Positions 37,123 through 48,225 of a DNA stretch of 64,000 nucleotides are shown here, piece after piece (positions within the stretch are counted from its first letter, which is position 1; every line of letters starts with the position of its first letter). A model generated the notes under the pieces. That model searched no databases and was not told where the DNA came from. It saw only the letters and a program-made list of their open reading frames with translations. The position numbers and the translations under genes were made by a program. This DNA comes from an uncultured Solirubrobacterales bacterium (GTDB taxonomy: Bacteria; Actinomycetota; Thermoleophilia; Solirubrobacterales; Solirubrobacteraceae): positions 68,047 to 132,046 of the forward strand of contig CAVVSB010000002.1 of the NCBI GenBank assembly GCA_963750695.1, given 5' to 3'.

Positions 37123-38502
37123 ATGTGGCGATGGGCTAGGCGAATGGCGCCGGTGGGGTGCGTGCTGGCGCTGGTGAGTGCGCCGGCGGCCGATGCGAGC
37201 GGCCCCGGTCCGTGGCCGGCGTGCGTGGCGCGGCCGGCACCCACCCGGATCGGCCTTCGCGAGGCCAGCCGCGCGCGGCATGGGCGGCTGATCACGCTGA
37301 TGCTGCGCTCCGCGGCGATGGGCGACGTCCAGCCCGTCGATGTCCTGCTGCCCCCGGGCTACGACGCCTCCGGACGCACGCGGTACCACGTCCTCTACCT
37401 GCTCCACGGGGCGGGCGGGAGCTACCGCTCATGGATCGACGGGCACCTCACGCCGCTGCTCGGGAGCCTCCCCGTCATCACCGTGATGCCGAACGGGACT
37501 GAGGACGGGTTCAACGGCGCCTACACCGACTGGACTGCGATGGCCGCGGGGGACACGCGACGCGCGCCGGCGTGGGAGACCTACCACATCCGCGAGCTCC
37601 TCCCGTTCATCGACCGACACTTCCCGATCATCCCTGGACCGACCGGCCACGCGGTCGCGGGGATCTCGATGGGCGGCGGCGGCGCGACGAAGTACGCCGC
37701 CGAGTATCCGGGGACGTTCGGGTATACCGGCACGTTCTCCGGAGAGGCGCATCCGCTGATGCCGTTGGCGCTGGCCGCGCAGACGAAGAACTGCCGCTGG
37801 GGCGATCCGGCACGAGATCAGGTGATCTGGCGTGACAACGACTCCGCGGACCTCGCGTCGAACCTCCTGGGTGTGCGGGTGTTCATCCGCTCCGGCGACG
37901 GTCAGCCCGGGCCATACGACTCGCCGACGGCGCCCGCGAATCCGCTCGCGGCCCTCATCCGGCGCGGCCAGCTCGCGATCGAATACGGCGCGGGGCTCGA
38001 GAACAAGGCGCTCTTGTCCGGGTTGCATGCGGTCGGGGCGAGCGTTAACGCCCGCTTCTTCCACGGGTCGCACAGCCTGCCGTACTGGCAGCGAGACATG
38101 ACCGAGTTCGTCGCGTGGCTGCGATTGCAGTTCCGCCATCCACCGGTCGTGCGACGGCGCTTCTCGGTGCAGTCGACGCACCGGTGGTTCACGGCGTGGG
38201 GCTGGCACTTCCAGGCGATGCGGCGCGTGCGGGAGTTCGTCTACGTCACCGTCGACGGGGGGCGGATGCGGGCGACGGGCAGCGGCGTGCTCGTTGTCTC
38301 CTCGCCGCCGCGGTTCCGTGCCCGCCAGCCGGTGATGGTGGGGTTCGGCCGGCGGGACGTGCGGCTCCGGGCCGGCGGTGACGGCCGGGTGACGTTCCGG
38401 CTCGGCCTCGGGCCGAGCCACACCCGCCAGCAGACCGCGTTTGGCCGCGGCGCGCGGCGCGGCTGGCGGACCGCCACTGCTGTGATCGGTCCGGCGACGT
38501 AG
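37123..38502 (+). CDS. Secreted antigen-85/tributyrin-esterase-like alpha/beta hydrolase with a C-terminal extension
   Basis: VLLPPGY, VLYLLHG, WETYHIREL, AGISMGG and GSHSLPYW; GGAGG RBS 6 nt before ATG 37123. Confidence 0.82.
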   Translation: MWRWARRMAPVGCVLALVSAPAADASGPGPWPACVARPAPTRIGLREASRARHGRLITLMLRSAAMGDVQPVDVLLPPGYDASGRTRYHVLYLLHGAGGSYRSWIDGHLTPLLGSLPVITVMPNGTEDGFNGAYTDWTAMAAGDTRRAPAWETYHIRELLPFIDRHFPIIPGPTGHAVAGISMGGGGATKYAAEYPGTFGYTGTFSGEAHPLMPLALAAQTKNCRWGDPARDQVIWRDNDSADLASNLLGVRVFIRSGDGQPGPYDSPTAPANPLAALIRRGQLAIEYGAGLENKALLSGLHAVGASVNARFFHGSHSLPYWQRDMTEFVAWLRLQFRHPPVVRRRFSVQSTHRWFTAWGWHFQAMRRVREFVYVTVDGGRMRATGSGVLVVSSPPRFRARQPVMVGFGRRDVRLRAGGDGRVTFRLGLGPSHTRQQTAFGRGARRGWRTATAVIGPAT

Positions 38503-38511
38503 GGCTGACCG

Positions 38512-39495
38512 TCAGCGCGCCTCGACCGCGCGCCCGTGGCGCTCGACGATCGGAGCGAGGTACTCCCGGAGCTCGTCGGGCGCGACTGCCGGGACCTCGA
38601 AGCTCGCGTCGCCGTGATTGGTGTGGATCACGAGGTGGGCGCGACCGTCTCGCCGACGGCGGCGCAGCCCCTTGTTCGGCGGGACGCTCAGCGTCCGAAT
38701 GTCGTTCCAGGTGAGGCGACCGAGTGGCTCGTGAGCGCCCCGCACTATGTCGAGGCCGAAGCGGGAGATGCGCAGCTCGATGTCGCGCTCGCCGGCAGCG
38801 AGGTTGGCGACGCCACCGAGGTGGATGACCGCGAGGCGGAGCGCCTCTCCCGAGTCGTCATCCGCGCGCGTCGCCGGGGCGACCTCGTGGGGCTCGATCG
38901 GGGTCGGCAAGACCTCGTGCGCTCCGGGCTCCTGCGGCTCGGGCTGCGGTTCGGGTTCGGGGTCGGCTGCGGCCTCGGGCGGCTCGGGCTGCGGTTCGGG
39001 TTCGGGGTCGGCTGCGGCCGCAGGCGGCTCCGGCTCCGCTTCGGGCTCTGCCGCTTCGGGCTCTGCCGCTTCGGGCTCTGCCGCTTCGGGCTCTGCCGCT
39101 TCGGGCTCTGCCGCTTCGGGCTCTGCCGCTTCGGGCTCTGCCGTCTCGGGCTCTGCCGTCTCGGGCCGCCGCGCCTCCACGGCCTCACGGCTCTCCTCGT
39201 ACGACGGCGCCCCGACGATCTCCTGTGCGCGGACGACGGCCGGATGGGAGAGCGCCTCGCCGAGGCCGATCCCCAGCTCCTCGGTCGCGACGCCCGCGAG
39301 GGCGCGACGCCACTGCAGGCCATCCGCCCGGTCGGCGGCCCGCTGGACCATCTCTTCGATCTGTTCGTCACTCAGCTCAAGGACGTCCGCGTGCTTGGCG
39401 GCGGCATCCCTGAACGCCGGCCGCAGACGCTCCACCAGCGCATCGCGACCGCGCCCGGCGATCCGCTGGGCGGTGTCCTCGAGCGTGTCGGTCAC
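38512..39495 (-). CDS. Hypothetical protein with a helical N-terminus, acidic PEAAE-repeat linker and PH-like C-terminal domain
   Basis: GAGGAG RBS; repeats; C-terminal LTWNDIRTLSV...HLVIHT..G.ASFE resembles bacterial PH domains (inference). Confidence 0.7.
   Translation of the reverse strand: MTDTLEDTAQRIAGRGRDALVERLRPAFRDAAAKHADVLELSDEQIEEMVQRAADRADGLQWRRALAGVATEELGIGLGEALSHPAVVRAQEIVGAPSYEESREAVEARRPETAEPETAEPEAAEPEAAEPEAAEPEAAEPEAAEPEAAEPEAEPEPPAAAADPEPEPQPEPPEAAADPEPEPQPEPQEPGAHEVLPTPIEPHEVAPATRADDDSGEALRLAVIHLGGVANLAAGERDIELRISRFGLDIVRGAHEPLGRLTWNDIRTLSVPPNKGLRRRRRDGRAHLVIHTNHGDASFEVPAVAPDELREYLAPIVERHGRAVEAR
38935..39165. repeat. Coding tandem repeats: 7 x CCGCTTCGGGCTCTG plus 2 variant units, and a 40-bp duplication with 45-bp period
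   Basis: 15-bp units at 39036-39140 and variants at 39141-39165; the 40-mer at 38935-38974 is identical to 38980-39019. Confidence 0.95.
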
Positions 39496-40154
39496 CCTGT
39501 GCCCTCCTCAATCATTCGCTTGATCAGCCCCAGGAAACGACTCGCTTGCGGCCCGTAGAGGATCCGGTGATCGCAGGCGAGCGTCAACGTCAGTACGTGA
39601 CCCGGCACGATAACCCCATCCTGCGTCACCGGCACACTGCGCACGGCGCCGACGGCGAGGGCGGCGGCCTGGGGCGGGATCACGAGCGGAGTCGCCTGCG
39701 CGACGCCGTCGACGCCGGGATGCCAGAGCGTGAACGTCGCGCCGGAGGTCTCCGGTGCCAGCAGCTCATTGGAGGCGGCCCGCGCGGTCAGCCGATCCAG
39801 CTCCTCGCTGATCTCCACGGTGCCCTTCTCGTCCGCATCGAAGATCGTCGGGATCGCAAACGTGTCCTCGGTGGCGACGACGACCCCGACGTTGATCCGT
39901 CCGTACAGCTCGAATTGACCGTCGCGATAGGCGGCGTTTGCCCGCGGAACGGCACGCAGGGCACGGGCGATGGCGCGGACGAGGCCGGCGGTCGTGACCG
40001 CCGCGGCGTTGGAGATCGTCGCCTCGGCACCCAACTCGAGGTCGGGCACCGTGGCACGGGACTCGGAGCTGCGGCGCGCGACCGAGCGCGCGGCGCGGTC
40101 TGGCGCCTGCGTCGTCACCTCGCCCTTGGCCCCGGACATGATCGGCTGGCTCAT
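39492..40154 (-). CDS. Stand-alone 2-oxoacid dehydrogenase E2 (acyltransferase) core-like protein lacking lipoyl/E3-binding domains
   Basis: INVGVVV, PTIFDAD, GATFT, QAAALAVG and LTLACDHRILYG; about 220 aa; TAGTGT -10 box 7 nt before ATG 40154. Confidence 0.8.
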   Translation of the reverse strand: MSQPIMSGAKGEVTTQAPDRAARSVARRSSESRATVPDLELGAEATISNAAAVTTAGLVRAIARALRAVPRANAAYRDGQFELYGRINVGVVVATEDTFAIPTIFDADEKGTVEISEELDRLTARAASNELLAPETSGATFTLWHPGVDGVAQATPLVIPPQAAALAVGAVRSVPVTQDGVIVPGHVLTLTLACDHRILYGPQASRFLGLIKRMIEEGTG

Positions 40155-40190
40155 CGGCCCCACACTAGTACCCGCGTCTCGACGGGGGCA

Positions 40191-40430
40191 CTAGCCATCC
40201 GTCCCTTCCCAGGTCATGATGAATTCGTCCGCGTCCATCGTCGCGAGGTCGGTCCGCAGCTCCCGCAGCAGTCGCGTTGCCTCCTTGGCCGACAGGTCCC
40301 AGAACAGCACGACCTCGCCGTCGTCGATCGAGACGACCTCGATCCGGTCCAGGCGTTCCGGGTCGGCCATGAACGCCGGCTCGATCCCCCCGCGCGAGAC
40401 GATCAGCTCGAACGCGCGGTTGGCCTTCAT
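40191..40430 (-). CDS. Small hypothetical protein (79 aa)
   Basis: MKANRAFELIVSRGG...; AGAGGACGGAG RBS; start overlaps the stop of the DsbA-like gene; high GC3. Confidence 0.6.
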   Translation of the reverse strand: MKANRAFELIVSRGGIEPAFMADPERLDRIEVVSIDDGEVVLFWDLSAKEATRLLRELRTDLATMDADEFIMTWEGTDG

Positions 40431-40981
40431 GCTCCGTCCTCTAACGCGCGAAGGCACGCGGCGAGCGCCTGTTCGCCTTCGAACAGGAGCCCATCGAGTT
40501 CGATCGCGGGAAGGCGGCTGACGCCCGCCTCGTTCGCCCGCTCGCGGGCCTGCTCGAGTCCACCGACGACCGACGAGAGCGCGATCCCCTTGAGCACCGC
40601 GGTCGGGTGCATCTCGCACGCCGCGGCGGCGATCAGCAGGGTGTCGCTGTCGCCCAGGTCGCGGCCTGCGGCGAACGCCTGGCGAAACGCGGCGAGCGAG
40701 AACGCGACGCTCCGCCCGATCCGCTTGGCGTACGTCGCGACGAGCATCGCCTCGCGGGTGTCCGGCGGCCAGTTGCGCGGCCAGCGCATCGGCATCAGCT
40801 CAAGCGCGGCGGCGGCGTGCTCGATCCGCTCCCGGTCGACCGTCTCGAGCGTCGGAGCGAGGATCGGCTCCCATTCGGGGACGACCGGCAGCGCCGTGTT
40901 GATCTGCTCGGCGACGAGGTACGACGCTGGACTCCCCAGGTCGTAGTAGAAGACCGGCTGCGAACCGGACTCGGTCGACAC
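40427..40981 (-). CDS. DsbA-like thioredoxin-fold protein (2-hydroxychromene-2-carboxylate isomerase / GST-kappa type)
   Basis: FYYDLGSPASYL; GV..LP.I..DG.LF.G; no CxxC; start inferred. Confidence 0.75.
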   Translation of the reverse strand: MSTESGSQPVFYYDLGSPASYLVAEQINTALPVVPEWEPILAPTLETVDRERIEHAAAALELMPMRWPRNWPPDTREAMLVATYAKRIGRSVAFSLAAFRQAFAAGRDLGDSDTLLIAAAACEMHPTAVLKGIALSSVVGGLEQARERANEAGVSRLPAIELDGLLFEGEQALAACLRALEDGA

Positions 40982-41148
40982 GTCTTCAGTGCCCTGAGTG
41001 AGACATTCGGTGGCAGCCTCGCGGCGTCTGAACGCGCCTGACAGGAGGCGGCGAACACGCCGGACCACCAGTACGACTTAGTTCGCCGCCTCCCGCCAGC
41101 CACGCCCACCCACTCGCGACGCTGCTCACGAATCTCCGACTCACGACA

Positions 41149-42522
41149 CTAGCCGTGGATCAGCCAGCCGTCGGCGGCGCGGGCCGCTTCCATCACGCCC
41201 TCGGACAGGGTCGGATGGCCGTGGATGATCCGCGCCACCTCGGGATAGCCGCCCTCGAGCGCCCGCACATTGACGAGCTCCTGAATGAGCTCGGTCGCCT
41301 TGGCGCCGATGATGTGTCCCCCGAGCAGTTCGCCGTAGCGCTTCTCGCCGACAACCTTGATCACGCCGGTGCGGTCCCCGTACACCGTGCCGGCGCCGAC
41401 GGCGCCGTACTGGACCTTGCCGATGACGACGTCGTGTCCCTCATCGCGCGCCTGCGCCTCGGTGAGCCCAAAGCTGGCGACGTTGGGAGTGCAGAACGTG
41501 GCGCGCGGGATGTCGATGTACTCGATCGGGTGCGTGCTCATGCCGGCGGCGTCCTCGACAGCGATCACGCCTTCGTCGGACGCCTTGTGGGCGAGGGCGG
41601 GACCGTGCACGAGGTCGCCGATCGCGTACACGCCCTCGACATTCGTCCGCATCGCGCCGTCGACCGCGATCAGCCCGCCGTCGTCGAACGCGACGCCGGC
41701 GGTGTCGAGCTTCAGCGCCTCGACGTCGGGCCCGCGGCCTGCCGCGATCACGAGCCAGTCTGCCTCGCCGGGCTCCTCGCCGTAGCTGAACGTGACGCTC
41801 GTCTCGCCGGAGCTCACATCGCGCACCAGCGTGCCGGTGTGAACCTGGATGCGCTGCTTCTTGAACCCGCGCTCGGCGGCCTTGGAGATGTCGGCGTCCT
41901 CGGTCGGGAGCACGCGATCGAGCGCCTCAAACAACTTGACGTCGGTGCCGAGCCGGGCGAATGCCGATGCGATCTCCGCGCCCGACGCGCCCGCGCCGAC
42001 GACGGCCATCGACTTCGGCAGCTCAGACAGCGCCCACGCTTCCTCCGTGCCGATCACGCGGCCGCCGAACTGCGTGCCGGGGATCGGCTTCTTCACAGAG
42101 CCGGTGGCGAGCAGGATCGTGTTCGCGTCGATACGCTGGTCCCCGACGCCGACCGTCCCGGGACCGAGAAGTGCGCCTGTGCCTTCGACCAGCTGGATCC
42201 CATTTTTCTTGAACAGTCCCGATACGCCGCCAGTGAGGGTCCCCACGACCTTCTCCCGCCGCGCGTTGACGGCGCTGAAGTCGACCTGCGGTTCTGCCGT
42301 GAGCGTGATCCCGAACTCGCCGGCCTCCCTGACCTCGGAGAGTACGTCGGCGGCGCGGAGCACGGCCTTGGCGGGAATGCACGCGTAGTTCAGACAGCGG
42401 CCGCCGACCCGGTCCTTCTCGATCACGGCGGTCTTCATCCCGAGCTGCGCAGCCCGGATCGCGGCGACATAGCCGCCGGGACCGGACCCGATGACGACGC
42501 AGTCATAGGCAGACTCAGGCAT
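41149..42522 (-). CDS. lpdA: Dihydrolipoyl dehydrogenase
   Basis: VIGSGPGGY, GGRCLNYACIP redox disulfide, VGAGASGAE, YAIGD, LAHKA and HGHPTLSE. Confidence 0.95.
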   Translation of the reverse strand: MPESAYDCVVIGSGPGGYVAAIRAAQLGMKTAVIEKDRVGGRCLNYACIPAKAVLRAADVLSEVREAGEFGITLTAEPQVDFSAVNARREKVVGTLTGGVSGLFKKNGIQLVEGTGALLGPGTVGVGDQRIDANTILLATGSVKKPIPGTQFGGRVIGTEEAWALSELPKSMAVVGAGASGAEIASAFARLGTDVKLFEALDRVLPTEDADISKAAERGFKKQRIQVHTGTLVRDVSSGETSVTFSYGEEPGEADWLVIAAGRGPDVEALKLDTAGVAFDDGGLIAVDGAMRTNVEGVYAIGDLVHGPALAHKASDEGVIAVEDAAGMSTHPIEYIDIPRATFCTPNVASFGLTEAQARDEGHDVVIGKVQYGAVGAGTVYGDRTGVIKVVGEKRYGELLGGHIIGAKATELIQELVNVRALEGGYPEVARIIHGHPTLSEGVMEAARAADGWLIHG

Positions 42523-42557
42523 GTCCTGAGCCTACTAAGCGGTCCGCGATTCGGTCG

Positions 42558-43085
42558 CTACGAGCGTCCGGGCGGTGTCGGCAACTGCAGCCGGCTGAGG
42601 ACGCGAACGAGCTTGAAGAACAGAAAGCCGCCTCCGCCGATGACGACGACGCAGATGAGCGCGCCGAGGATCGTCGAGGCCTTGACGAGCGCCAGCGAGA
42701 AACCGAGCACGCCGATGGCGAGCAGGGTCTGGAAGCCGAGGACGGCCCAGTAGCGCATCAGCCACATCCCGGCGGCGCACATGATCATGAGGCCGCTGAA
42801 GACGAGGATCTCGAACAGGTGGGGCTTCGACCCGCCGACGTGCGGCTTGACCCCGGCGATGAACAAGATCAGGTTGGCGAGCCCGAGCAGCAGCGCGATC
42901 CCCACCGCGAACGTGATCGCGGCGGGACGCTCGCCGTCGGCGAACGGCTTGAGCGACGCGCGGACGGCGGCGTTTCTCTCCTCGGAGCTCATCCGCGGCC
43001 GGGGCTGCTGTGGCGGGGTCGCGGGCGCGGCGTTTGGTGCCGGGGCGGCCCCGCGCCGGCCACGCTTGCGGCTACGTTGTCCCAA
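42558..43085 (-). CDS. Hypothetical membrane protein (4 TMs, basic N-terminus)
   Basis: Hydrophobic segments; TTG start overlaps the thiE 3' end. Confidence 0.65.
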   Translation of the reverse strand: MGQRSRKRGRRGAAPAPNAAPATPPQQPRPRMSSEERNAAVRASLKPFADGERPAAITFAVGIALLLGLANLILFIAGVKPHVGGSKPHLFEILVFSGLMIMCAAGMWLMRYWAVLGFQTLLAIGVLGFSLALVKASTILGALICVVVIGGGGFLFFKLVRVLSRLQLPTPPGRS

Positions 43086-43716
43086 CGCGATCCTCCCCGT
43101 GGTGGAGCGCGTTGCGAAGCACGCTCGCGGTCAGTTCCGGGTTCGACGACTGGGTCAGGGCCCGCACGACGACCACGCGTTCGGCGCCGGCGGCGACGAC
43201 GGCAGCGATGTTGCCCGGGTTGATCCCGCCGATCGCGAACCAGGGCAGCGTCGCATGCGCCGCCGCGTAGGACACGAGCGCCAGTCCGACCGCCGACCGT
43301 CCGGGCTTCGTGGGTGTGGCGTGCACCGGGCCAACACCGATGTAATCGACGCCGGCCGAGGCGGCCGCGTCAACCTGCGCCGGGCTGTGGGTGGAAAGGC
43401 CGACGATCCGGTCCTCGCCGACGACCGCGCGGGCGTCGGCCGGTGAGACGTCGTCCTGACCGACGTGCACGCCGTCGGCACCGCAGGCCGCGGCAAGGTC
43501 CGGACGGTCGTTGACGATGAACAACGCGCCGTGCTCGCGGCACACCGCTGCAAACCGCTCCGCAGCGGCCAGCACGTCGCCGTCGGCCGCGTCCTTGCAC
43601 CGCAGCTGGACGACGTCGACGCCGCCCCGCACAGCGGCACCGACAAAGTCGTCTGACTGGGCGTCGCAGACGAGGTACAGCCGGGCCGCGGATAGGCGCT
43701 GCCTGAGTTCGGACAC
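43072..43716 (-). CDS. thiE: Thiamine-phosphate synthase
   Basis: RLYLV, VQLRCK, FIVNDRPD, GVHVGQDD, GLSTH, TPTKP and FAIGGI; GTG start at 43716 inferred. Confidence 0.95.
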   Translation of the reverse strand: MSELRQRLSAARLYLVCDAQSDDFVGAAVRGGVDVVQLRCKDAADGDVLAAAERFAAVCREHGALFIVNDRPDLAAACGADGVHVGQDDVSPADARAVVGEDRIVGLSTHSPAQVDAAASAGVDYIGVGPVHATPTKPGRSAVGLALVSYAAAHATLPWFAIGGINPGNIAAVVAAGAERVVVVRALTQSSNPELTASVLRNALHHGEDRVGTT

Positions 43717-43743
43717 CCACCCAGTCTGCCATGAGCGGGGCGC

Positions 43744-43749
43744 TACGAT
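43744..43749 (+). promoter_or_regulatory. Putative -10 element (TACGAT) upstream of the TPP riboswitch
   Basis: TAnnnT hexamer about 7 nt before the aptamer start. Confidence 0.5.
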
Positions 43750-43755
43750 TCCACT

Positions 43756-43850
43756 GAACGGGAGCCCTGAGCGCGAGCGGGCTGAGAGGGTGGAGCAAGC
43801 ATCCGCCGACCGTCTGAACCTGACCCGGATCATGCCGGCGTAGGGAGACC
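43756..43850 (+). ncRNA. TPP (THI-box) riboswitch controlling thiO-thiS-thiG
   Basis: Conserved GGG...GGCTGAGAG...GACCG-TCTGAACCTGA-CCGGATCATGCCGGCGTAGGGA pattern; the 3' end overlaps the GGGAG RBS of thiO. Confidence 0.95.
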
Positions 43851-43854
43851 GAGT

Positions 43855-44993
43855 TTGTCGCAATCATCGACATCGTTTGACGTAGCCGTCGTCGGCGGCG
43901 GCGTGATCGGTTTGGCGATCGCGTGGCGGGCGGCTCAGCGGGGGATGCGGGTCGCCGTGTTCGAGCGCGAGGAGTTCGGCGCCGGGAGCTCGCGGATCGC
44001 CGCCGGGATGATCGCGCCGATCAGCGAGGCGCGGGCGACCGAGCAGCCCCTGCTGGCGCTCAACCTGCGCAGCTCGCACGCATACGGGGCGTTCGCCGCG
44101 GAGATCGCGGAAGCGTCCGGAATGGATCCCGGATACGTCGCGTGCGGCACGATCGCAGTGGCGCGCGACGCCGACGACGCCGAGGCGCTCCAGCGCGAGC
44201 TTGTCATGCGTCAGGGCCTCGGGCTGCCGGTTCGCCGGCTGCTCCCGAGCGAGGCGCGTCGGCTCGAGCCGGGCCTCGCACCGACGGTGCGACTCGCGCT
44301 CGACGTGCCCGATGACCACGCGATCGACCCTCGCGCGCTCGCACCGGCGCTCGTCGCCGCGGCCGCCAGGGCCGGCGTCGAGTTGCACGCCGGGCGTAGG
44401 GTGCAGGAGGTGATCCGTTCGACGGACCGCATCGGGGGGTTGATGCTCGAGGACGCCGAGCGCGTGAGCGCCGAGCAGGTCGTGATCGCCGCCGGCGTGT
44501 GGTCGGACGCCGTCGGCGGTATCCCCGAGGGAGCGCGCGTCCCGGTGAGGCCGGTGAAGGGGCAGATCATGCGCCTGCATGACCCCGCCGGGCCGGGTCT
44601 CCTGAGTCGTGCGCTGCGGATCCAGGGCGGTCCCTACGTCGTGCCGCGCGGCGACGGGCGCTATGTCCTCGGCGCGACCGTCGAGGAGCGCGGGTTTGAC
44701 ACGCTCGTGACCGCCGGGCCGTTGTTCGACATGCTGCGTGACGCGATTGAGGCGCTCCCCGGTCTCTCCGAGCTGGTGATCGACGAGCTGATCGCGGGGC
44801 TGCGGCCGGCGACGCCGGACAACGCACCGGCGATCGGGCCGAGCTCACTGCGCGGGCTCCACTGGGCGGTCGGTCACTATCGGCACGGCATCCTGCTTGC
44901 GCCGGTCACCGCCGAGATAGCGGTCGACGCGCTGCTCGGGACCGATCCGCCGCCGGAGTTCGCGCCGAGCCGGTTCGAGGGGGCGGCTGTCGG

Positions 44994-45000
<7 letters not shown>
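43855..45000 (+). CDS. thiO: Glycine oxidase ThiO
   Basis: VVGGGVIG, SSRIAAGMIAP, PVKGQ, YVVPR, GLRPATPDNAP and GHYRHGILLAP. Confidence 0.95.
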
Positions 45001-46472
<1,472 letters not shown>

Positions 46473-46567
46473 GGGCCGGGGCGAGCTGGACGGCGCGCCC
46501 ACGATTTGGCAGGGATTGTCCTGTCTATGTCATTGCGGCCAACTCCGTGGAGCGTGATGATGCCCGC

Positions 46568-47587
46568 ATGCCGCCCCGCCGCATCGTCCTCGTCGCGTTC
46601 CCGGACGTTCAGATCCTCGACGTCACAGGGCCGAGTGAGGTGTTCTCGCTCGCCACCCGGGAGACCGAGCACGGTGGAGGTGGCGGCGAGGCGTACACGC
46701 TCGAGCTCGTCGCGCCGGACCCCGGGGAGATCGTGGCGTCAAGTGGGCTCCGGCTCGTCCCCGACCGCACTCTCGAAGCTCACCGCGGCCCGATCGACAC
46801 GCTCGTCGTCGCCGGTGGCCTGGGCACCCAGGCGGCGGCCCGTGACGCGCGGCTGGCGAACTGGCTGCGCCTCGCCGCGCGCCGCTCGCGTCGGGTGAGC
46901 TCGGTGTGCACCGGGGCGTTTCTGCTTGCTCGCGCCGGACTGCTCGACGGTCGCCGCGCGACCACCCACTGGAACGCCTGCGCCGCGCTCGCCCGCCACT
47001 ACCCGAGCGTGGAGGTCGAGCCGGACCCGATCTTCGTCCGAGACGGCAACGTCTACACGTCCGCCGGCGTGACGGCCGGCATCGACCTCGCGCTCGCGCT
47101 CGTCGAGGAGGATCTCGGGCGGGAGCTGGCGCTGACGGTCGCCCGGGACCTCGTCCTGTTCATCCGCCGACCGGGTGGCCAGGCGCAGTTCAGCTCCGGG
47201 CTCGCCGGCCAGGCGGCGTCGCGTCCGGGCGTCCGCGAGCTCCAGGCATGGATCGCCGACCATCTCGATCACGACCTCAGCGTGCCTGCGCTCGCCGAGC
47301 GGGCGTTCATGAGTCCGCGGAACTTCGCGCGGGTGTTCGCCCGCGAGGTCGGCGTCACGCCCGCCGCCTACGTCGAGAGCCTGCGGCTCGAACGCGCGCG
47401 CACGCTGCTCGAGACCGGCGGAGGGCTCGGACTCGACGAGATCGCGCTGCGCTGCGGCTTTGGGACCGTCGAGACGCTGCGCCGGGTCTTCGGGCGTCGA
47501 CTCGGGGTCAGCCCGAACGCGTACCGCAGTCGCTTCGCCTCCACCACCAACGTCATCCCGATCACGAGAAAGGACTCAGCCGCATGA
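46568..47587 (+). CDS. GlxA family transcriptional regulator (DJ-1/PfpI sensor plus AraC HTH)
   Basis: LDVTGP.EVF, SVCTGAF, ATTHW, TSAGVTAGID, RPGGQAQFS and MSPRNFARVF. Confidence 0.93.
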   Translation: MPPRRIVLVAFPDVQILDVTGPSEVFSLATRETEHGGGGGEAYTLELVAPDPGEIVASSGLRLVPDRTLEAHRGPIDTLVVAGGLGTQAAARDARLANWLRLAARRSRRVSSVCTGAFLLARAGLLDGRRATTHWNACAALARHYPSVEVEPDPIFVRDGNVYTSAGVTAGIDLALALVEEDLGRELALTVARDLVLFIRRPGGQAQFSSGLAGQAASRPGVRELQAWIADHLDHDLSVPALAERAFMSPRNFARVFAREVGVTPAAYVESLRLERARTLLETGGGLGLDEIALRCGFGTVETLRRVFGRRLGVSPNAYRSRFASTTNVIPITRKDSAA

Positions 47588-48225
47588 GCTTCAACATTGC
47601 CATCCCGATCTTTGACCGCCTCACGGCACTCGACGCGGTCGGCCCCTATGAGGTGCTCTCGCGCCTGCCTGGGGCCACCGTCCACTTCATCGCCGAAACG
47701 ACCGGGCCGAAGCGGACCGAGACGAAGATGCTCGCGCTCGTCGCCGACCGGACCCTCGACGAGCTCTCCGAGCCGGAGGTCATCGTCGTTCCCGGCGGGT
47801 ACGGCACGCGTCCCCTGATGGAGGACGAGACGATGCTCGCCTGGCTGCGCCATGCTCACGCCCACGCTGAGTGGACGACTTCCGTGTGCACCGGGTCGCT
47901 GCTGCTCGCCGCTGCCGGGATCCTCGACGGCCTGGAGGCCACGACCCATTGGCGGGCGCTCGAAACGCTCCGGGAGTATGGCGCCAGGCCGGTCGGCGAC
48001 CGCCGCGTCGTCGAGCAGGGCACGATCATCACTGCGGCCGGCGTATCTGCGGGGATCGACATGGCGCTGACACTGGCGGCGCGGATCGCCGGCGAGCAGA
48101 TCGCCCAAGCGATCCAACTCGGGATCGAATACGACCCGCAACCGCCGTTCGTCGGCGGCTCGACGCAGACGACGCCGCCGGAGATCGTCGAACTCGTCAA
48201 CCAGAACGCGCCGGCGCTCGCCTAG
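47584..48225 (+). CDS. DJ-1/PfpI family protein (isonitrile hydratase InhA-like)
   Basis: LDAVGPYEVL, SVCTGS, TAAGVSAGID and EYDPQPPF; ATGA overlap. Confidence 0.9.
   Translation: MSFNIAIPIFDRLTALDAVGPYEVLSRLPGATVHFIAETTGPKRTETKMLALVADRTLDELSEPEVIVVPGGYGTRPLMEDETMLAWLRHAHAHAEWTTSVCTGSLLLAAAGILDGLEATTHWRALETLREYGARPVGDRRVVEQGTIITAAGVSAGIDMALTLAARIAGEQIAQAIQLGIEYDPQPPFVGGSTQTTPPEIVELVNQNAPALA

Noticed and set aside
39036-39165. Regular short repeats resembling a CRISPR array
   Set aside because: The units are contiguous with no spacers, encode PEAAE in frame, and no cas genes are present.
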